From positions 3,616,001-3,680,000 of the forward strand of contig OZ255836.1 in NCBI GenBank assembly GCA_965277715.1: a DNA stretch of 64,000 nucleotides, written 5' to 3'. The notes below the pieces were generated by a model. It was not told the DNA's origin, did not search any database, and saw only the letters and a list, made by a program, of their open reading frames with translations. Position numbers and translations under genes: made by a program. This DNA comes from Gammaproteobacteria bacterium. GTDB taxonomy: Bacteria; Pseudomonadota; Gammaproteobacteria; JBCCGL01. Below, one piece after another: positions 18,010-30,051 of this stretch (the first letter of the stretch is position 1; each line of letters opens with the position of its first letter).

Positions 18010-19761
18010 TTAGTCGGTATAGGGAAGGGTAGCGCGAAGCTGTGCTTTCAATTCATCATCGATGACACCAGAGGCAGCGCGCTCACGCAAAACAGCCTGG
18101 GCGCGGCGTTGGTTGGCCCGCGTCAGTTGTTTTATGCTCTCCAAAAATAGCTGTCGGGGCCGCTCTTCGTCGGCTGCTTCCAGCCCTGGTATTTCACTAC
18201 TGGCCAATTGGCACAAATACGGCCACTCACTCGCATCGCGAAAATGCTCCAGTAGTGCGGCAGTGCTGATGGTTGCATTACCAAGGATAATACCGATGAG
18301 CTTTTGCAGCGTAAAACCACCGCGTTGGTTTTCGTCAAAATCGTAGTGCTCCAGATCATCGTCGCTGACCACCCCCGGATGCTGTATGGCGAGTGTAATC
18401 GCAGTGCGTATGGGGCTGAGTTGCACCTGGTAGGCAGCCGGGCGGCGGGGTCGCGGCGGGCTGCTGGGCGGAGTCGCAACGGAGGTGCTGCTGAATGTGG
18501 TGCCGACATGCGCACTGAGTTGTTGATAGAGCAGTGTGCGGTATAACTCACCGGGAATGCTATCGATCAGTGGTCTGGCGGTTTCTGCCAGCCGGGCGCG
18601 CTCACCGACGGAATGGGCACCATCGCCATCGATGAGTTCACGAAACAGGAAATCGGCCACGGGGAGAGCCGTTTTTAGTAGTGCGGTAAAAGCGGGCTGG
18701 CCAATAGATTTGATCAGGCTGTCCGGGTCTTCGCCTTCGTCGAGAAACAGGAAACGTGCCTCGCGGCCATCTTGCAACGTAGGCAGGGTGGTTTTCAATG
18801 CGCGCCAGGCGGCCTGGCGACCGGCGCGGTCACCATCGAAACAAAACACCACGTCATTGACGGTGCGAAACAGGTACTCCATGTGCGTGGCGGTGGTGGC
18901 GGTGCCGAGTGTGGCGACGGCGTAGGTGATACCGTGCTGGGCGAGGCCAATAGTATCCATATAGCCCTCGACAACCAGCAGTGAATCGAGCGTGCGATGG
19001 GCCTGCCGCGCTTCAAACAGGCCGTAGAGTGCCTCGCCTTTGTGGAAGACCGGGGTTTCCGGTGAGTTGAGGTATTTGGGTTCACCGTCACCCATGACGC
19101 GGCCACCGAAGCCAATAGTGCGCCCGCGCCGGTCGCGAATGGGAAACATAATCCGGTCGCGGAAGCGGTCGTAAACGCGCCCGTTTTCGTTTTTTATCAG
19201 CATACCTGCAGTGAGCAGGTCGGTCTGTGAGCAATTGGGGAGGCTACTCTCCAGGGCGTCCCAGCGGTTGGGCGCGTAGCCGAGGCCGAAATGTCTGGCC
19301 GTTTCACCGCTGAGGCCGCGTTGCTTTAGGTAATCGATTGCTGCGGGGTGGCCTTTGAGTTGCTGTTGAAAGAAGTGCGCGCAGGCGTCGAGGGCTGTGT
19401 ACAGCGGTGATTGGTTCTGAGTTTGACCTGAACCACCTGAACCTGAATCCTGGTAGGTTTCACGCGGGACATCCAGCCCGGCCAGGCTGGCCAGTTCTTC
19501 GATGGCCTCAGGAAAACTCAGGTGTTCGTAAGCCATTAAAAAAGAGATTGCCGAGCCATTGGCGCCGCAGCCACCAAAGCAATGGTAAAACTGTTTTACC
19601 GGGTTGACGATGAAAGAAGGGGTTTTTTCGTTGTGAAAGGGGCAGCAGGCTTTGTAGTTGACCCCGGCTTTTTTCAGATCGACGCGAGCGCCGATAACAT
19701 CGGCAATCTCGGTGCGGTCGAGCAGGTTATCGATAAAGCTTTGTGGAATGCGCCCGGCCAT
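18010..19761 (-). CDS. dnaG: DNA primase
   Basis: CPFHNEKTPSF zinc finger, KYLNSPET, VEGYMD and FDGDRAG TOPRIM motifs. Confidence 0.98.
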   Translation of the reverse strand: MAGRIPQSFIDNLLDRTEIADVIGARVDLKKAGVNYKACCPFHNEKTPSFIVNPVKQFYHCFGGCGANGSAISFLMAYEHLSFPEAIEELASLAGLDVPRETYQDSGSGGSGQTQNQSPLYTALDACAHFFQQQLKGHPAAIDYLKQRGLSGETARHFGLGYAPNRWDALESSLPNCSQTDLLTAGMLIKNENGRVYDRFRDRIMFPIRDRRGRTIGFGGRVMGDGEPKYLNSPETPVFHKGEALYGLFEARQAHRTLDSLLVVEGYMDTIGLAQHGITYAVATLGTATTATHMEYLFRTVNDVVFCFDGDRAGRQAAWRALKTTLPTLQDGREARFLFLDEGEDPDSLIKSIGQPAFTALLKTALPVADFLFRELIDGDGAHSVGERARLAETARPLIDSIPGELYRTLLYQQLSAHVGTTFSSTSVATPPSSPPRPRRPAAYQVQLSPIRTAITLAIQHPGVVSDDDLEHYDFDENQRGGFTLQKLIGIILGNATISTAALLEHFRDASEWPYLCQLASSEIPGLEAADEERPRQLFLESIKQLTRANQRRAQAVLRERAASGVIDDELKAQLRATLPYTD

Positions 19762-19824
19762 TTACACGCACTTTATATGCCCGAATCGATAGGTGCTCGA
19801 ATCAATACATGGCTGTGCCGATGG

Positions 19825-19854
19825 GCAGGGGCAAACCTTCGGGTTTGCCCCTGC
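19825..19854. terminator. 13-bp stem-loop between gltB and dnaG
   Basis: GCAGGGGCAAACC-TTCG-GGTTTGCCCCTGC. Confidence 0.6.
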
Positions 19855-19890
19855 TGTCAATGCTGGCAAGCCGCTAACGGTGGTGGTCAT

Positions 19891-22800
19891 TCAGGCCGCT
19901 TTCTTCAGGGTTGATAACAGTGATTCCAGCTCCGCCGCTTTGGGTTTAACCAGCCAGAAGCGTGAAGACATGCCATAAAAATCGTCGAGGATTTCTTCAC
20001 CCCAAGCGCTACCCGTCTCACTGACGTGCTCTTGCAGGGCGTCGTACAGGAAGCGTTTATAGGCTTCAAGTGGTTCTGAAAACAGGCGATGAATATCGAT
20101 GAGTTCGTGGTTGTAGCGGTCGACAAAGACATTGTGCCTGTCCAGTACCAGTGCGAAGCCGCCGGTCATGCCCGCGCCGAAGTTGCCGCCGGTTTCGCCG
20201 AGTACGACCATAGAACCACCGGTCATGTACTCTGCCCCGTGGTCACCGACACCTTCCACCACCGCCTGTGCGCCGGAGTTGCGCACACCAAAGCGCTCGC
20301 CTGCCTGGCCCTCGGCAAAGAGTTTGCCGCCAGTCGCACCATACAGGCAGGTATTGCCCATGATGCTGCTGTCACGCGGTTTATAGCGAATGCCGGTGGG
20401 GGTGCGCAACACCAGTTTGCCACCGGCCATACCCTTGCCCACGTAGTCATTGGCGTCGCCGTGCAGGGTCATATGCAGGCCATCCGCGTTCCACACGCCA
20501 AAGCTCTGGCCAACGGTGCCTTGCAGGTTGAGGGTGATAGGGGTATCGGCCATACCTGTGTCGCCGTGTTGGCGGGCGATTTCACCCGATAATCGCGCCC
20601 CGACCGAACGGTCGGTATTGCGCACAGTAAAATCGAAATGACCGCCGGTCTTGTTGGCAATGGCATCACGGCAGGCAACCAGCATGGTTTCGGCCAGTTT
20701 GCCTTTGTCGAATGGTTGGTTGCGCGTAACGGTACAGTGGCGCGGTACATCGGCGGGGACGCCTGCGTCTGAAACGATAGGGGTGAGGTCCAGGCCGTGT
20801 TGCTTATCGGTTTCACCATCGAGTTGGGTGAGCAGGTCGGTGCGGCCGATCAGTGCGTCTATTGAGGGGACACCCAGCCGTGCCATGTGTTGGCGGGTGT
20901 CTTCAGCCACAAAACGAAAGTAGCGCATGACTTTTTCAACGCTGCCACTGAAGTGGCGCATACGCAGTACCTTGTGTTGGGTGGCGACGCCTGTGGCGCA
21001 GTTGTTGAGGTGGCAGATACGCAGGTATTTGCAGCCCATGGCAATCATTGGGCCTGTGCCGAAACCAAAACTCTCCGCACCGAGAATGGCCGCTTTGATG
21101 ACATCCAGCCCGGTTTTCAGGCCGCCATCGGTCTGTACCCGCACTTTATCGCGCAGTTTGTTGGCGCGCAGCACCTGGTGGGTTTCAGAGAGGCCCAGCT
21201 CCCAGGGGCAACCGGCGTATTTGACCGAGCTGAGGGGGCTGGCACCGGTGCCGCCATCGTAGCCGGAGATGGTGATCAGATCGGCGTAGGCTTTGGCAAC
21301 CCCGGCGGCGACGGTGCCAACGCCGGGCGCAGCAACCAGCTTTACCGAGATCAAGGCGTCGGGGTTGACTTGCTTCAGGTCGAAGATCAGTTGCGCGAGG
21401 TCTTCGATTGAGTAGATGTCGTGGTGTGGTGGCGGGGAGATCAAGGCGACACCGGGCAGTGAATGGCGCAACCGGGCGATGGTTTTGTCAACTTTGTGAC
21501 CGGGTAGCTGGCCGCCCTCACCGGGCTTGGCGCCTTGGGCAATTTTGATTTGCAGCACTTCGGCGTTGACCAGGTAGTGTGGAGTGACGCCAAAACGACC
21601 GGAGGCGATCTGCTTGATCTTCGACATTTTGAAGTTGCCGTAGCGCGCTTTATCTTCGCCACCCTCGCCGGAGTTGGAACGCCCACCGAGGCGGTTCATG
21701 GCCTCGGCCAGGGTTTCATGGGCCTCGGGTGACAGGGCGCCGAGCGACATACCCGCTGAATCAAAACGCCGGTAGAGCGATTCGATGGGTTCGACGTCAT
21801 CCAGCGGGATTGGTGTGGTGTCTTCGCGCAGTGCCAGTAGGTCACGGATTTGCGCAACCGGGCGCTGGTCAACCAAATCGGCGTAAGCTTTGTAGTCGTG
21901 CCAGTCGCCGTGGTTAACGGCCTGTTGCAGTGACTGCACCACATCGGGGTTGTAAGCGTGGTACTCGCCTTTGTGCATGTATTTCAGCAGGCCGCCCTGG
22001 CTGATCTGTTTGCGTGGGTTCCACGCCTGTTTATCGGCGTGTTGTAGTTCAGCTTCGATATCGCCAAACCCCGCGCCCTGGATGCGGCTGGTTGTGCCCT
22101 TGAAGCACAGATCGACAATTGTGCGGTTGAGGCCGACGATTTCGAACAATTGCGCGCCACGGTAGCTGGTGATAGAGGAGATACCCATTTTTGAGATGAT
22201 TTTTAACAGGCTTTTGTTTAGGCCGGTGCGGTACATCTGCTCAAGTGCGGGTATATCATCACTTTCAAGCTCGCCGCGCCTGGACATGCCCTGTATGGAT
22301 TCGTACGCCAGGTAGGGGTAGATGCAGGTGGCGCCGTAGCCAACCAATACGGCGATATGGTGGGGGTCGCGGGCGCTGCCGGTCTCGACCATGATATTGC
22401 TGCGGCAGCGTAAACCCTCGTCGATCAGCCGGTGGTGAATAGCGCCAGTGGCCATCAGGGCGGGTACCGGCAACATGCCCTGGCGCAGCTCGCGATCCGA
22501 GATAACAATGATTACCGCACCGTCTCGCACTGCACGCACGGCCTGGTTGGTGATGGCGATAACCGCTTTTTCCAGGCTGAGGGTTGTGGGGTCATAATTT
22601 AGTTCGATACGCTCGTGGGCGTAGTCCGGGTCTGAGTAGGCCAGCAGGGTGTCGAATTTTTCCCGCGATAGTACCGGAGAGCGCACCAATAACCGTTTGG
22701 CATATTCGGGCTGTTCGTCAAATAGATTGTGCTCGCGGCCAATGCAGGTCTCCAGCGACATCACCACTGCCTCGCGCAGGGGATCGATGGGGGGGTTGGT

Positions 22801-24375
22801 GACTTGGGCAAACTGCTGGCGGAAGTAGTCGAACAGCGAGCGTTGCTGGCGGGACAACACCGGGAACGGGCTGTCATCGCCCATCGAGCCGACAGCTTCC
22901 TGTCCCTGCTCGCAGAGGACGCGCAGTATCTGGTCACACTCTTCAAAGGTGACGCCGAACATTTTTTCAAAAACGGCCAGGGTGGCGTTGTCCATTGCCG
23001 GTTGGGTTTGTTCTATATCGCGCAACCGTGATCGCAGGTGTACTGAGTAGCGCGACATCCACTTGGCGTAGGGCTGGCGGGTTTTGAGGATATTGTTAAT
23101 CTCACGTGGCAGAATCAGCGCACCCGTGGCGGTGTCGACGGCCAGCATTTCACCGGGGCGCAAGCGCCCTTTGGACACTACCTCATCGGAGGTGTAATCG
23201 TGTACACCGACTTCGGATGCCAGGGTGATATGCCGGTCGCGGGTGATCACGTAGCGCGCCGGGCGCAGGCCGTTGCGGTCCAGCGCGCAGCAGGCGTAGC
23301 GGCCATCGGTAAACACCAGTCCGGCGGGACCGTCCCAGGGTTCCATGTGCATAGAGTTGTATTCGAGAAATGCCCGCAGTTCGTAGTCCATTTGGTCGAC
23401 GTGTTGCCAGGCGGGCGGCACCAGCAGCTTGCTGGCGCGAAACAGTTCCATGCCACCAGACAGTAAGACTTCGAGCATATTGTCGAGCGAGCTGGAGTCA
23501 GAGCCCTGCATCGAAACAATGGGGTGCAGGGTGTTAAGCTCAGGTAGAACCGCTGAGTGGAAGCGGTGCGCCCGCGCTCGCGCCCAGTTGCGATTGCCCT
23601 GGATGGTGTTGATTTCTCCGTTGTGAGCGAGGTAGCGAAACGGTTGTGCCAGTTTCCACTGGGGCAGCGTGTTGGTGGAAAAACGCTGATGAAACACGGC
23701 GATAGAGGAAGCCATATCCGGGTCGTTGAGGTCGGGGAAGAACACCGGCAGTTGCGCGGGCATGATAAGCCCTTTGTACAGAATCACTTCGCAGGCGAGT
23801 GTGCAGATGTAGAAATCACTATCATCCGGGGCGCTTGCGTCGAGCATCAACTCTGCTTTGCGACGCGCTACAAACAGGTGGCGGTTAAATTCGGCGCGTT
23901 TCATGGTGCTGGGTGCGTTGACAAAAATCTGTTCAATAAGCGGTAGGGATTCCAGTGCCTCTGCGCCACAGGCTTGTGGGTTAACCGGTACTGTGCGCCA
24001 GCCGACAACCTGCAGACCACGGGCTTCGATTTGTGCATTCAGTGTGGTGCGTGCATGTTCGGCTTTGTCTGAGTCACGATTTAAAAAAATATTGCCGACA
24101 GCGAATTGCTCCGCTAAGGGGAAATTGCAGGCACGCGCTACTTTTTGCAGAAAGGCTTTGGGTTTACGCAGTAGCAGGCCGCAACCGTCGCCGGTTTTTC
24201 CGTCTGCCGCTACGGCACCACGATGGGTTAGGCGCACCAGTGATTTGATAGCGGTTTGGACCAACTGGTGGCTGTGCTCGCCGTCAATGTGGGCAATCAG
24301 GCCAAAACCGCAGTTGTCGTGTTCGAATGAAGGTTGGTAAAGTCCGTACGCGGCAGCGCGTTCGAGTCGGTTCAT
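19891..24375 (-). CDS. gltB: Glutamate synthase large subunit
   Basis: 1494 aa; [29 protein letters not shown] and CHLNNCATG motifs. Confidence 0.98.
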   Translation of the reverse strand: MNRLERAAAYGLYQPSFEHDNCGFGLIAHIDGEHSHQLVQTAIKSLVRLTHRGAVAADGKTGDGCGLLLRKPKAFLQKVARACNFPLAEQFAVGNIFLNRDSDKAEHARTTLNAQIEARGLQVVGWRTVPVNPQACGAEALESLPLIEQIFVNAPSTMKRAEFNRHLFVARRKAELMLDASAPDDSDFYICTLACEVILYKGLIMPAQLPVFFPDLNDPDMASSIAVFHQRFSTNTLPQWKLAQPFRYLAHNGEINTIQGNRNWARARAHRFHSAVLPELNTLHPIVSMQGSDSSSLDNMLEVLLSGGMELFRASKLLVPPAWQHVDQMDYELRAFLEYNSMHMEPWDGPAGLVFTDGRYACCALDRNGLRPARYVITRDRHITLASEVGVHDYTSDEVVSKGRLRPGEMLAVDTATGALILPREINNILKTRQPYAKWMSRYSVHLRSRLRDIEQTQPAMDNATLAVFEKMFGVTFEECDQILRVLCEQGQEAVGSMGDDSPFPVLSRQQRSLFDYFRQQFAQVTNPPIDPLREAVVMSLETCIGREHNLFDEQPEYAKRLLVRSPVLSREKFDTLLAYSDPDYAHERIELNYDPTTLSLEKAVIAITNQAVRAVRDGAVIIVISDRELRQGMLPVPALMATGAIHHRLIDEGLRCRSNIMVETGSARDPHHIAVLVGYGATCIYPYLAYESIQGMSRRGELESDDIPALEQMYRTGLNKSLLKIISKMGISSITSYRGAQLFEIVGLNRTIVDLCFKGTTSRIQGAGFGDIEAELQHADKQAWNPRKQISQGGLLKYMHKGEYHAYNPDVVQSLQQAVNHGDWHDYKAYADLVDQRPVAQIRDLLALREDTTPIPLDDVEPIESLYRRFDSAGMSLGALSPEAHETLAEAMNRLGGRSNSGEGGEDKARYGNFKMSKIKQIASGRFGVTPHYLVNAEVLQIKIAQGAKPGEGGQLPGHKVDKTIARLRHSLPGVALISPPPHHDIYSIEDLAQLIFDLKQVNPDALISVKLVAAPGVGTVAAGVAKAYADLITISGYDGGTGASPLSSVKYAGCPWELGLSETHQVLRANKLRDKVRVQTDGGLKTGLDVIKAAILGAESFGFGTGPMIAMGCKYLRICHLNNCATGVATQHKVLRMRHFSGSVEKVMRYFRFVAEDTRQHMARLGVPSIDALIGRTDLLTQLDGETDKQHGLDLTPIVSDAGVPADVPRHCTVTRNQPFDKGKLAETMLVACRDAIANKTGGHFDFTVRNTDRSVGARLSGEIARQHGDTGMADTPITLNLQGTVGQSFGVWNADGLHMTLHGDANDYVGKGMAGGKLVLRTPTGIRYKPRDSSIMGNTCLYGATGGKLFAEGQAGERFGVRNSGAQAVVEGVGDHGAEYMTGGSMVVLGETGGNFGAGMTGGFALVLDRHNVFVDRYNHELIDIHRLFSEPLEAYKRFLYDALQEHVSETGSAWGEEILDDFYGMSSRFWLVKPKAAELESLLSTLKKAA

Positions 24376-24483
24376 GCTAAGTCTCTATTGGAATCGGTTC
24401 GAACCCGCCGAAGGCGGCCAGGTATTATAGCGTTTTGCGTTGGGTAGTGCTATTGAGCTGTTGAATGGAATGGCTGTCGGTAT

Positions 24484-26001
24484 TTATGGCAGGTGTTTTA
24501 CAATCTCCTGCTGAACCGATTCTATCGAGCGAACCCACGGTGTATTGTGCCGCAGCTCGTTGGGCAATTTTGCAATGGCGGCTCGGGCAGCCCCAGCGCT
24601 GGTGTAGATACCATAGGTCAATACATGCCAGCGCCGTGTGTTTCGGCTGGTTTCAAACAGGGCCGTTTGTGATTCGATGCTGTTGTTGCGGATGTGTTCT
24701 GATAAATCATTGCCGTCGTAGGAGGCCATTAACTGGATTGTGTAGTTCGCCGGTTTTTGCTTGAGTAGCCATTGCGCTGACTGGCTAGGCTGGCGTTGTG
24801 CCGGGCGTTTTTTTACCGGTGGTGTGCTCTGTGTGCTGGGTTGTGTGTCTTCTATGGTATGTTCTTTTACCTGCTTTGGAGGGAGTAGTATTATTTTCTG
24901 TACTGGGGCGGGGGGTGTCACCTCATGCAAGCTGGTGAAGGTGTTGGCAGTTGATGTGTCGGTCTCGCTACGTTGCGTTACTGCCGGTGTTTCGGTCGAT
25001 GCTTGGCTATCCGGCAAGGGTGCATTAATGGCATCGGTGTCTGTTTGGGTTGTTGTTACCGGGGTAGGCATTGCCTGCCCGGACTGAGCAGTTTCACCCC
25101 CTTCATCAGGTTCCTCAACCACGACAAACAGTAATAGGGCTATGGCAATAATACTGGTGGCTGCAGTGGCTATCAGACGTAACGGTAATGCCTGCAAAAA
25201 GGCGCCAATAGAGTGTGGCTTTGTCTGTTGGTTGAGCATGCTGGCCGCCACTGTGTCCAGTTGCTGGGGAATGCCGTCGGTATTGTCGTACAAATTGCGC
25301 AGTTGTTTATCATTAAAAGGCAGGTCGCCGATAAAACCGGCCTGTTGTAGGCGGTATTCAAGGTATTCGCGGGTGCGCTGGCGATCCAGGGCGCGCACGC
25401 TGGAGATAAACACTTTACCTGCGCGCAACTGGGCCGATGTGAGCTTGGGCAGTATAGATTCGATCACAGGGTCTGCTACCAGCAGTATACGTAATTCACC
25501 ATCAAGCACTTCGTTGATGTGGTCGGTGTACGCCAGTAGTTGGTTGAGTGTGCCCACTGAGATAGCGTGGGCATTCTCAACAATCAATACACTGGAGCAG
25601 TTTTTTTCCAGGCGTATTTTTAGATGATCAATAAGTAATTCAAGACAGGTTTGCGTTGCATCGGGAATCGGGAGCTGGAATATTTTTAACATGCCGAGGA
25701 GAATTTGTGGTGCTGTCAGCGTCGCTTTACCCCGGACGATAAAAATCTGCAGCTCATCATTTGCCCTGCTCAGCATCTGGATAACCAGTGCGGTTTTGCC
25801 GCTGCCAGCATCTCCCTTGAGTATTTGCAGCATATCGCTGAATCTCAGGTTGTGTTGCAGCATATTAAGCTGCATTTTCATCACTGCATCACTGAAGTAC
25901 TCCTGTCCATCTGGCTGCTCACAAAACGGTTGTGTGTGCAGGCCCAAGGCCTGCATTGCCCGCTCGCTGAGTACCGACTGATTATCCAGGTGTGGATTCA
26001 T
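24484..26001 (-). CDS. AAA ATPase plus SPOR domain protein (DamX-like)
   Basis: GDAGSGKT Walker A, single TM, Pro/Thr-rich linker, C-terminal YTIQL..YGIY..PWVRS SPOR; canonical position after aroB. Confidence 0.85.
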   Translation of the reverse strand: MNPHLDNQSVLSERAMQALGLHTQPFCEQPDGQEYFSDAVMKMQLNMLQHNLRFSDMLQILKGDAGSGKTALVIQMLSRANDELQIFIVRGKATLTAPQILLGMLKIFQLPIPDATQTCLELLIDHLKIRLEKNCSSVLIVENAHAISVGTLNQLLAYTDHINEVLDGELRILLVADPVIESILPKLTSAQLRAGKVFISSVRALDRQRTREYLEYRLQQAGFIGDLPFNDKQLRNLYDNTDGIPQQLDTVAASMLNQQTKPHSIGAFLQALPLRLIATAATSIIAIALLLFVVVEEPDEGGETAQSGQAMPTPVTTTQTDTDAINAPLPDSQASTETPAVTQRSETDTSTANTFTSLHEVTPPAPVQKIILLPPKQVKEHTIEDTQPSTQSTPPVKKRPAQRQPSQSAQWLLKQKPANYTIQLMASYDGNDLSEHIRNNSIESQTALFETSRNTRRWHVLTYGIYTSAGAARAAIAKLPNELRHNTPWVRSIESVQQEIVKHLP

Positions 26002-26004
26002 TAC

Positions 26005-27093
26005 TTAGCTATAGTATGCCGACAGGGTTTTTTGAAGGTCTTCACGGGAATAATCGCTGGTGACAATGGCCTGGCCAATGCCTTTTAACAGTACCAGATT
26101 GAGCACGCCGTTCCGCACTTTCTTATCGACCGACATTAAATCGATGAATTGCTGTGGGTTCATATCGGCTGGTGGGTCGACGGGTAATTTCACTGCGACC
26201 AATAACTGGCGCAGGCGTTGTGTCTGTTGCGCTTCGATCCAGCCGAGGTTTTGGGATAGCTGCGCGGCCATGCACATGCCGGTAGCAACCGCTTCGCCGT
26301 GGAGCCAGTTACCGTAACCGCTGGCGGTTTCGATGGCGTGACCAAAAGTGTGGCCGAGGTTTAGCAGTGCCCGCTTGCCCTGCTCGCGCTCGTCCTCCGC
26401 TACAATGCGCGCTTTGTGGGTGCAGGACTGTTCGATAGCATGGGTGAGCGCACCGGGTTCGCGTGCCAATAACGCAGCGGTATTGGCTTCGATCCAGGTA
26501 AAAAAGCCGGGGCTGTCGATGACCCCGTATTTGATCACTTCTGCCAGTCCGGCGCTTAGCTGGTTGTTGTTGAGTGTTGAGAGTGTATCGGTGTCGGCAA
26601 TGACACAGCGCGGTTGATGAAATGCCCCGATCATATTTTTACCCAAGGCATGGTTGACACCGGTTTTTCCACCGACGGATGAATCCACTTGCGCCAGCAG
26701 GGTTGTCGGTATCTGAATAAAATCGACACCACGCTGATAGCTGGCGGCGGCAAAGCCAACCAAATCACCGATAACACCACCACCCAATGCGATCAGTGTG
26801 CAGTGCCTGTCAAAACGCTGTTGTAACAGGTGTTGGTAGATCTGGTTGAGGGTGTCCAGCGTTTTGTATTGCTCGCCATCAGGCAGGATCAGTGTATCGG
26901 TTTCAAACTGGGCGACTGATTGCAGGGCGTGCTTGAGATACAGCGGTGCAACCGTTTCATTGCTGATGACCATGACTTTTTGCCCGCGTATGTGCTGGCT
27001 GATCAACGCGGGGTCTTGTAGCAGTTTAGGGCCGATGTATATGGGGTAGCCACGGGTGCCGAGGTCTACCTGAAGTCGAGTGGTTGCGCTCAT
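26005..27093 (-). CDS. aroB: 3-dehydroquinate synthase
   Basis: GGGVIGD, PTTLLAQVDSSVGGKTG and LNLGHTFGHAIE motifs. Confidence 0.98.
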   Translation of the reverse strand: MSATTRLQVDLGTRGYPIYIGPKLLQDPALISQHIRGQKVMVISNETVAPLYLKHALQSVAQFETDTLILPDGEQYKTLDTLNQIYQHLLQQRFDRHCTLIALGGGVIGDLVGFAAASYQRGVDFIQIPTTLLAQVDSSVGGKTGVNHALGKNMIGAFHQPRCVIADTDTLSTLNNNQLSAGLAEVIKYGVIDSPGFFTWIEANTAALLAREPGALTHAIEQSCTHKARIVAEDEREQGKRALLNLGHTFGHAIETASGYGNWLHGEAVATGMCMAAQLSQNLGWIEAQQTQRLRQLLVAVKLPVDPPADMNPQQFIDLMSVDKKVRNGVLNLVLLKGIGQAIVTSDYSREDLQKTLSAYYS

Positions 27094-27614
27094 GGGGATT
27101 CGTCTTTGTATTTTTGTAAATAGCGGCAGATTTTTTCGATGACGTTTTTCATATTGCGATTATTTGAATTAATTTCAAGGTTCGCCAGTGAGCGGTAAAT
27201 AGGCATACGTTCTTCGCGTAGTTTCTCCAGTATTGCGCGTGGATCTTGTGTTTGCAGCAGCGGGCGGGTTTTGTCCTGACGGGTTCTCGCCAGTTGTTCA
27301 TCTACTGATATGTTGAGCAGAATGACGTGTCCGCGTGTTTGTAGATACTCTCTGTTTACCGGGGCGAGTACCCCACCACCGCCGGTGGCTAAGACGATAT
27401 TATGTTTACGCGTGAGCGCGTCGATAATACTGGTTTCACGGGTGCGAAACCCCTGTTCTCCCTCGTATTCAAAAATGGTGCGGATATCCACCCCTGTACG
27501 GTGCTCAATTTCTTTGTCACTATCGAAAAATTCCCTTTGCAGTTTACGCGCCAACTGACGACCCACCGTCGTTTTTCCTGCACCCATCGGCCCAATTAGA
27601 AAGATATTGTTCAT
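27090..27614 (-). CDS. aroK: Shikimate kinase
   Basis: GPMGAGKTTVG, ATGGG and RPLL motifs. Confidence 0.97.
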   Translation of the reverse strand: MNNIFLIGPMGAGKTTVGRQLARKLQREFFDSDKEIEHRTGVDIRTIFEYEGEQGFRTRETSIIDALTRKHNIVLATGGGGVLAPVNREYLQTRGHVILLNISVDEQLARTRQDKTRPLLQTQDPRAILEKLREERMPIYRSLANLEINSNNRNMKNVIEKICRYLQKYKDESP

Positions 27615-27792
27615 AGTTTAGGAGGTTTTTGCCATTAGCTGCACTTTACCCTAAATTAATAGGGTAGCGAATGGTATTGCGGTACATCTCGATACGCGAT
27701 TCCCTGTCGATATCCTTCGAGCGCTTAAATCCGACAACTTCAGGCGGTAACTGCGCGATAGCTGTCGTATCCCCTAAACAGCCGTGAGCCGC

Positions 27793-30051
27793 TTAATAAT
27801 CGATAGCGGGGTTCTCCTTAATAATTTGCGGGGTAATGAAAACCAGCAGCTCGGTTTTATTATCTGTGTTGGACTTGTTTTCAAACAACCGACCAACCAG
27901 AGGCAGGTCGGCAAAAAAGGGCACACGGGTGATTGTGCTGCTAATAGTTTGTTCGTAGATACCACCGAGCACCAGCGTTTCACCATTATCCACCAGTACT
28001 TGGGTCGTTACTTCACGTGTGTCAATGCTCGGCACCTGCACACCATTGCCAGGGCTGAATAGTTGACCAACAGTATCCCGGGTTACCACCAGATCCATAA
28101 TGACCCGGGAGTCCGGTGTAATTTGTGGCGTCACCTCAAGTGACAGAACAGCGTTGCGAAAAGAAACCGTAGCAGCACCGCTGGATGACGCTTCCAAAAA
28201 CGGGATTTCGACGCCCTGTTCAATCTTGGCGGTGCTTTGACTGGTGGTGATCAGGCGTGGGCTGGAGATAATTTCACCCCGGGTTTCCGCCTGCATTGCC
28301 GATAGCTCCAGTTCCAGTAGGGTGCCGAAGGGGAGCTTCGCCAGGGCCAGGGCAATCGAGGAGGAGCCTGTCGGTGCGGGGAGGTTGACATTAAACCGTT
28401 CCGTGCCAAGTGTCGTAGCGTTATTAAGGAGGTTAGTGATGCCTAGTTGACTCCCCGAGGTGATAATGCCTTCACTGTTATTGGTGGTGTCCCGACTAAC
28501 GCCAAAACGTACACCAATGTCTTTGGTGAAGCCGTCGTTGGCAACGACGATGCGCGCCTCGATAAGTACCTGTTGCACGGGAATATCCAAGCGGTGAATC
28601 AGGCGGCGCGCCTCGGAGAGTTTACCGTCGATATCATGGATGAGTAAGGTGTTGGTGCGGTCATCTACGGATACGCTGCCTCGCTCAGATAAAACGCCGC
28701 CGCCCTCGGTTTGCAGAATAGCGGCCAGATTACTGGCTTTCGCATAGTTGATTTGCATAAATTCTGTGTTGAGTGGCGCCAGTTCCTCGACTTGTTGCTG
28801 GGCTTCCAGCTCAACGCGCTCGCGTGCGGCAATTTCTTCTGTGGGGGCAACCAGCAATACGTTGCCATTATCCCGTTTGCCCAGTGATTTGGTTTTCAGA
28901 ATAATATCGAGTGCCTGATCCCACGGCACATTTTTTAAACGCAAGGTCAATTTGCCGGTAACGGTGTCACTGACGACGATATTCAAATTGGTGAAATCGG
29001 CCAATAACTGCAGCACGGAGCGCACTTCGATGTCCTGAAAATTGAGGGACAGGCGTTCACCGGTATAGCCAAACCGCTCTTTTATCTGCTCGTTCAGTTC
29101 CTCTTCCGCAATCGGTTTTAGTTCGACAGTGAAAATATTGTCTGATTGGTAGGCAAGCTGTTCAAAGTCACGTGATACAGGCTCAATAACGATGCGGATA
29201 TTGCCATCATTTTTAAAGGTATCGACATAGCGGATGGGGGTGGCGAAGTCGAGCACATCGAGTCGGCGAACCAGCGCATCGGCAATATCTGCTGCGAGAA
29301 AATCGACGACAATATTATCACCTGATTGGCTAATATCGACGGGTATACCCATTTCAGATAATGCGAATATTACTCTGCCTTCACCGTTTGGCCCACGGCG
29401 AAAGTCGATATTGGTTACTGCCCGCCCCACTGGAGTGATCTCAGCGAGCGCCGGGTTTGATGAGAGCAGCCCTGGTGCACTTTCTGGTGCGGCTGAACCG
29501 GCGACTGGGTTTGGCGTTGTGGTTACCGCTTCGGTAGTACTCGTTCCGACGATGCTCGTCAATGCCACGTCTTGTGTGTCTAAAGTGATATATACCACGT
29601 TGCCATCGACCTGTGTTTCGTAGGGGACCAGATTGCTGAGGTTGATGACGACACGGGTACGGCCACCCGATTCCACGGTGTTGATTGTGCGGGCAATGCC
29701 CACGCCTACGGGCACTACCCGTTCGGCCAGATTATTGCGGGTGTTGGCCAAATCGAGTGCGATACGTGCAGGGTTTTCAATGGTGAAGCCACTCGGCTTT
29801 TCGGCGGGTTCGGACAACTGCAGGGTAATTTGTAGGCGATTGCCGGGGAGTGTGCTGTAGTTGATCGCATCCAGGCTATTTGCGGCAATACTTGAAAACG
29901 GCAGTAGTAGGCCAAGTGTAAGGCACCATACCATAACAGAGTGTTTCAGCTTGACAGGTGTCCTGGAAAGAGGAGGCCACTTGGTGGTCTGTTGGTATGC
30001 CGCTGCTAAAGCAGGGCGTTTTTTGTTATTCATTCTAGTATTTCGCCACAT
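27793..30051 (-). CDS. pilQ: Type IV pilus secretin
   Basis: AMIN domains, LSLNFQDIEVRSVLQ, VPWDQAL, QVLIEARIV and ELLVFITP; exact start uncertain. Confidence 0.97.
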   Translation of the reverse strand: MWRNTRMNNKKRPALAAAYQQTTKWPPLSRTPVKLKHSVMVWCLTLGLLLPFSSIAANSLDAINYSTLPGNRLQITLQLSEPAEKPSGFTIENPARIALDLANTRNNLAERVVPVGVGIARTINTVESGGRTRVVINLSNLVPYETQVDGNVVYITLDTQDVALTSIVGTSTTEAVTTTPNPVAGSAAPESAPGLLSSNPALAEITPVGRAVTNIDFRRGPNGEGRVIFALSEMGIPVDISQSGDNIVVDFLAADIADALVRRLDVLDFATPIRYVDTFKNDGNIRIVIEPVSRDFEQLAYQSDNIFTVELKPIAEEELNEQIKERFGYTGERLSLNFQDIEVRSVLQLLADFTNLNIVVSDTVTGKLTLRLKNVPWDQALDIILKTKSLGKRDNGNVLLVAPTEEIAARERVELEAQQQVEELAPLNTEFMQINYAKASNLAAILQTEGGGVLSERGSVSVDDRTNTLLIHDIDGKLSEARRLIHRLDIPVQQVLIEARIVVANDGFTKDIGVRFGVSRDTTNNSEGIITSGSQLGITNLLNNATTLGTERFNVNLPAPTGSSSIALALAKLPFGTLLELELSAMQAETRGEIISSPRLITTSQSTAKIEQGVEIPFLEASSSGAATVSFRNAVLSLEVTPQITPDSRVIMDLVVTRDTVGQLFSPGNGVQVPSIDTREVTTQVLVDNGETLVLGGIYEQTISSTITRVPFFADLPLVGRLFENKSNTDNKTELLVFITPQIIKENPAIDY

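Noticed and set aside
19788-19799. GATAGGTGCTCG at the gltB|dnaG breakpoint matches 12 bp of the 14.9-kb element
   Set aside because: A 12-bp match to some part of the element is plausible by chance in 64 kb, and no terminal repeat accompanies it.
19891-24375. Many 60-170 aa antisense and alternative-frame ORFs here and in other long genes
   Set aside because: They are shadows of GC-rich coding sequence and show no recognisable motifs.
27647-27666. TACCCTA-N6-TAGGGTA palindrome upstream of aroK
   Set aside because: A single 7-bp stem with no supporting regulator or second copy.
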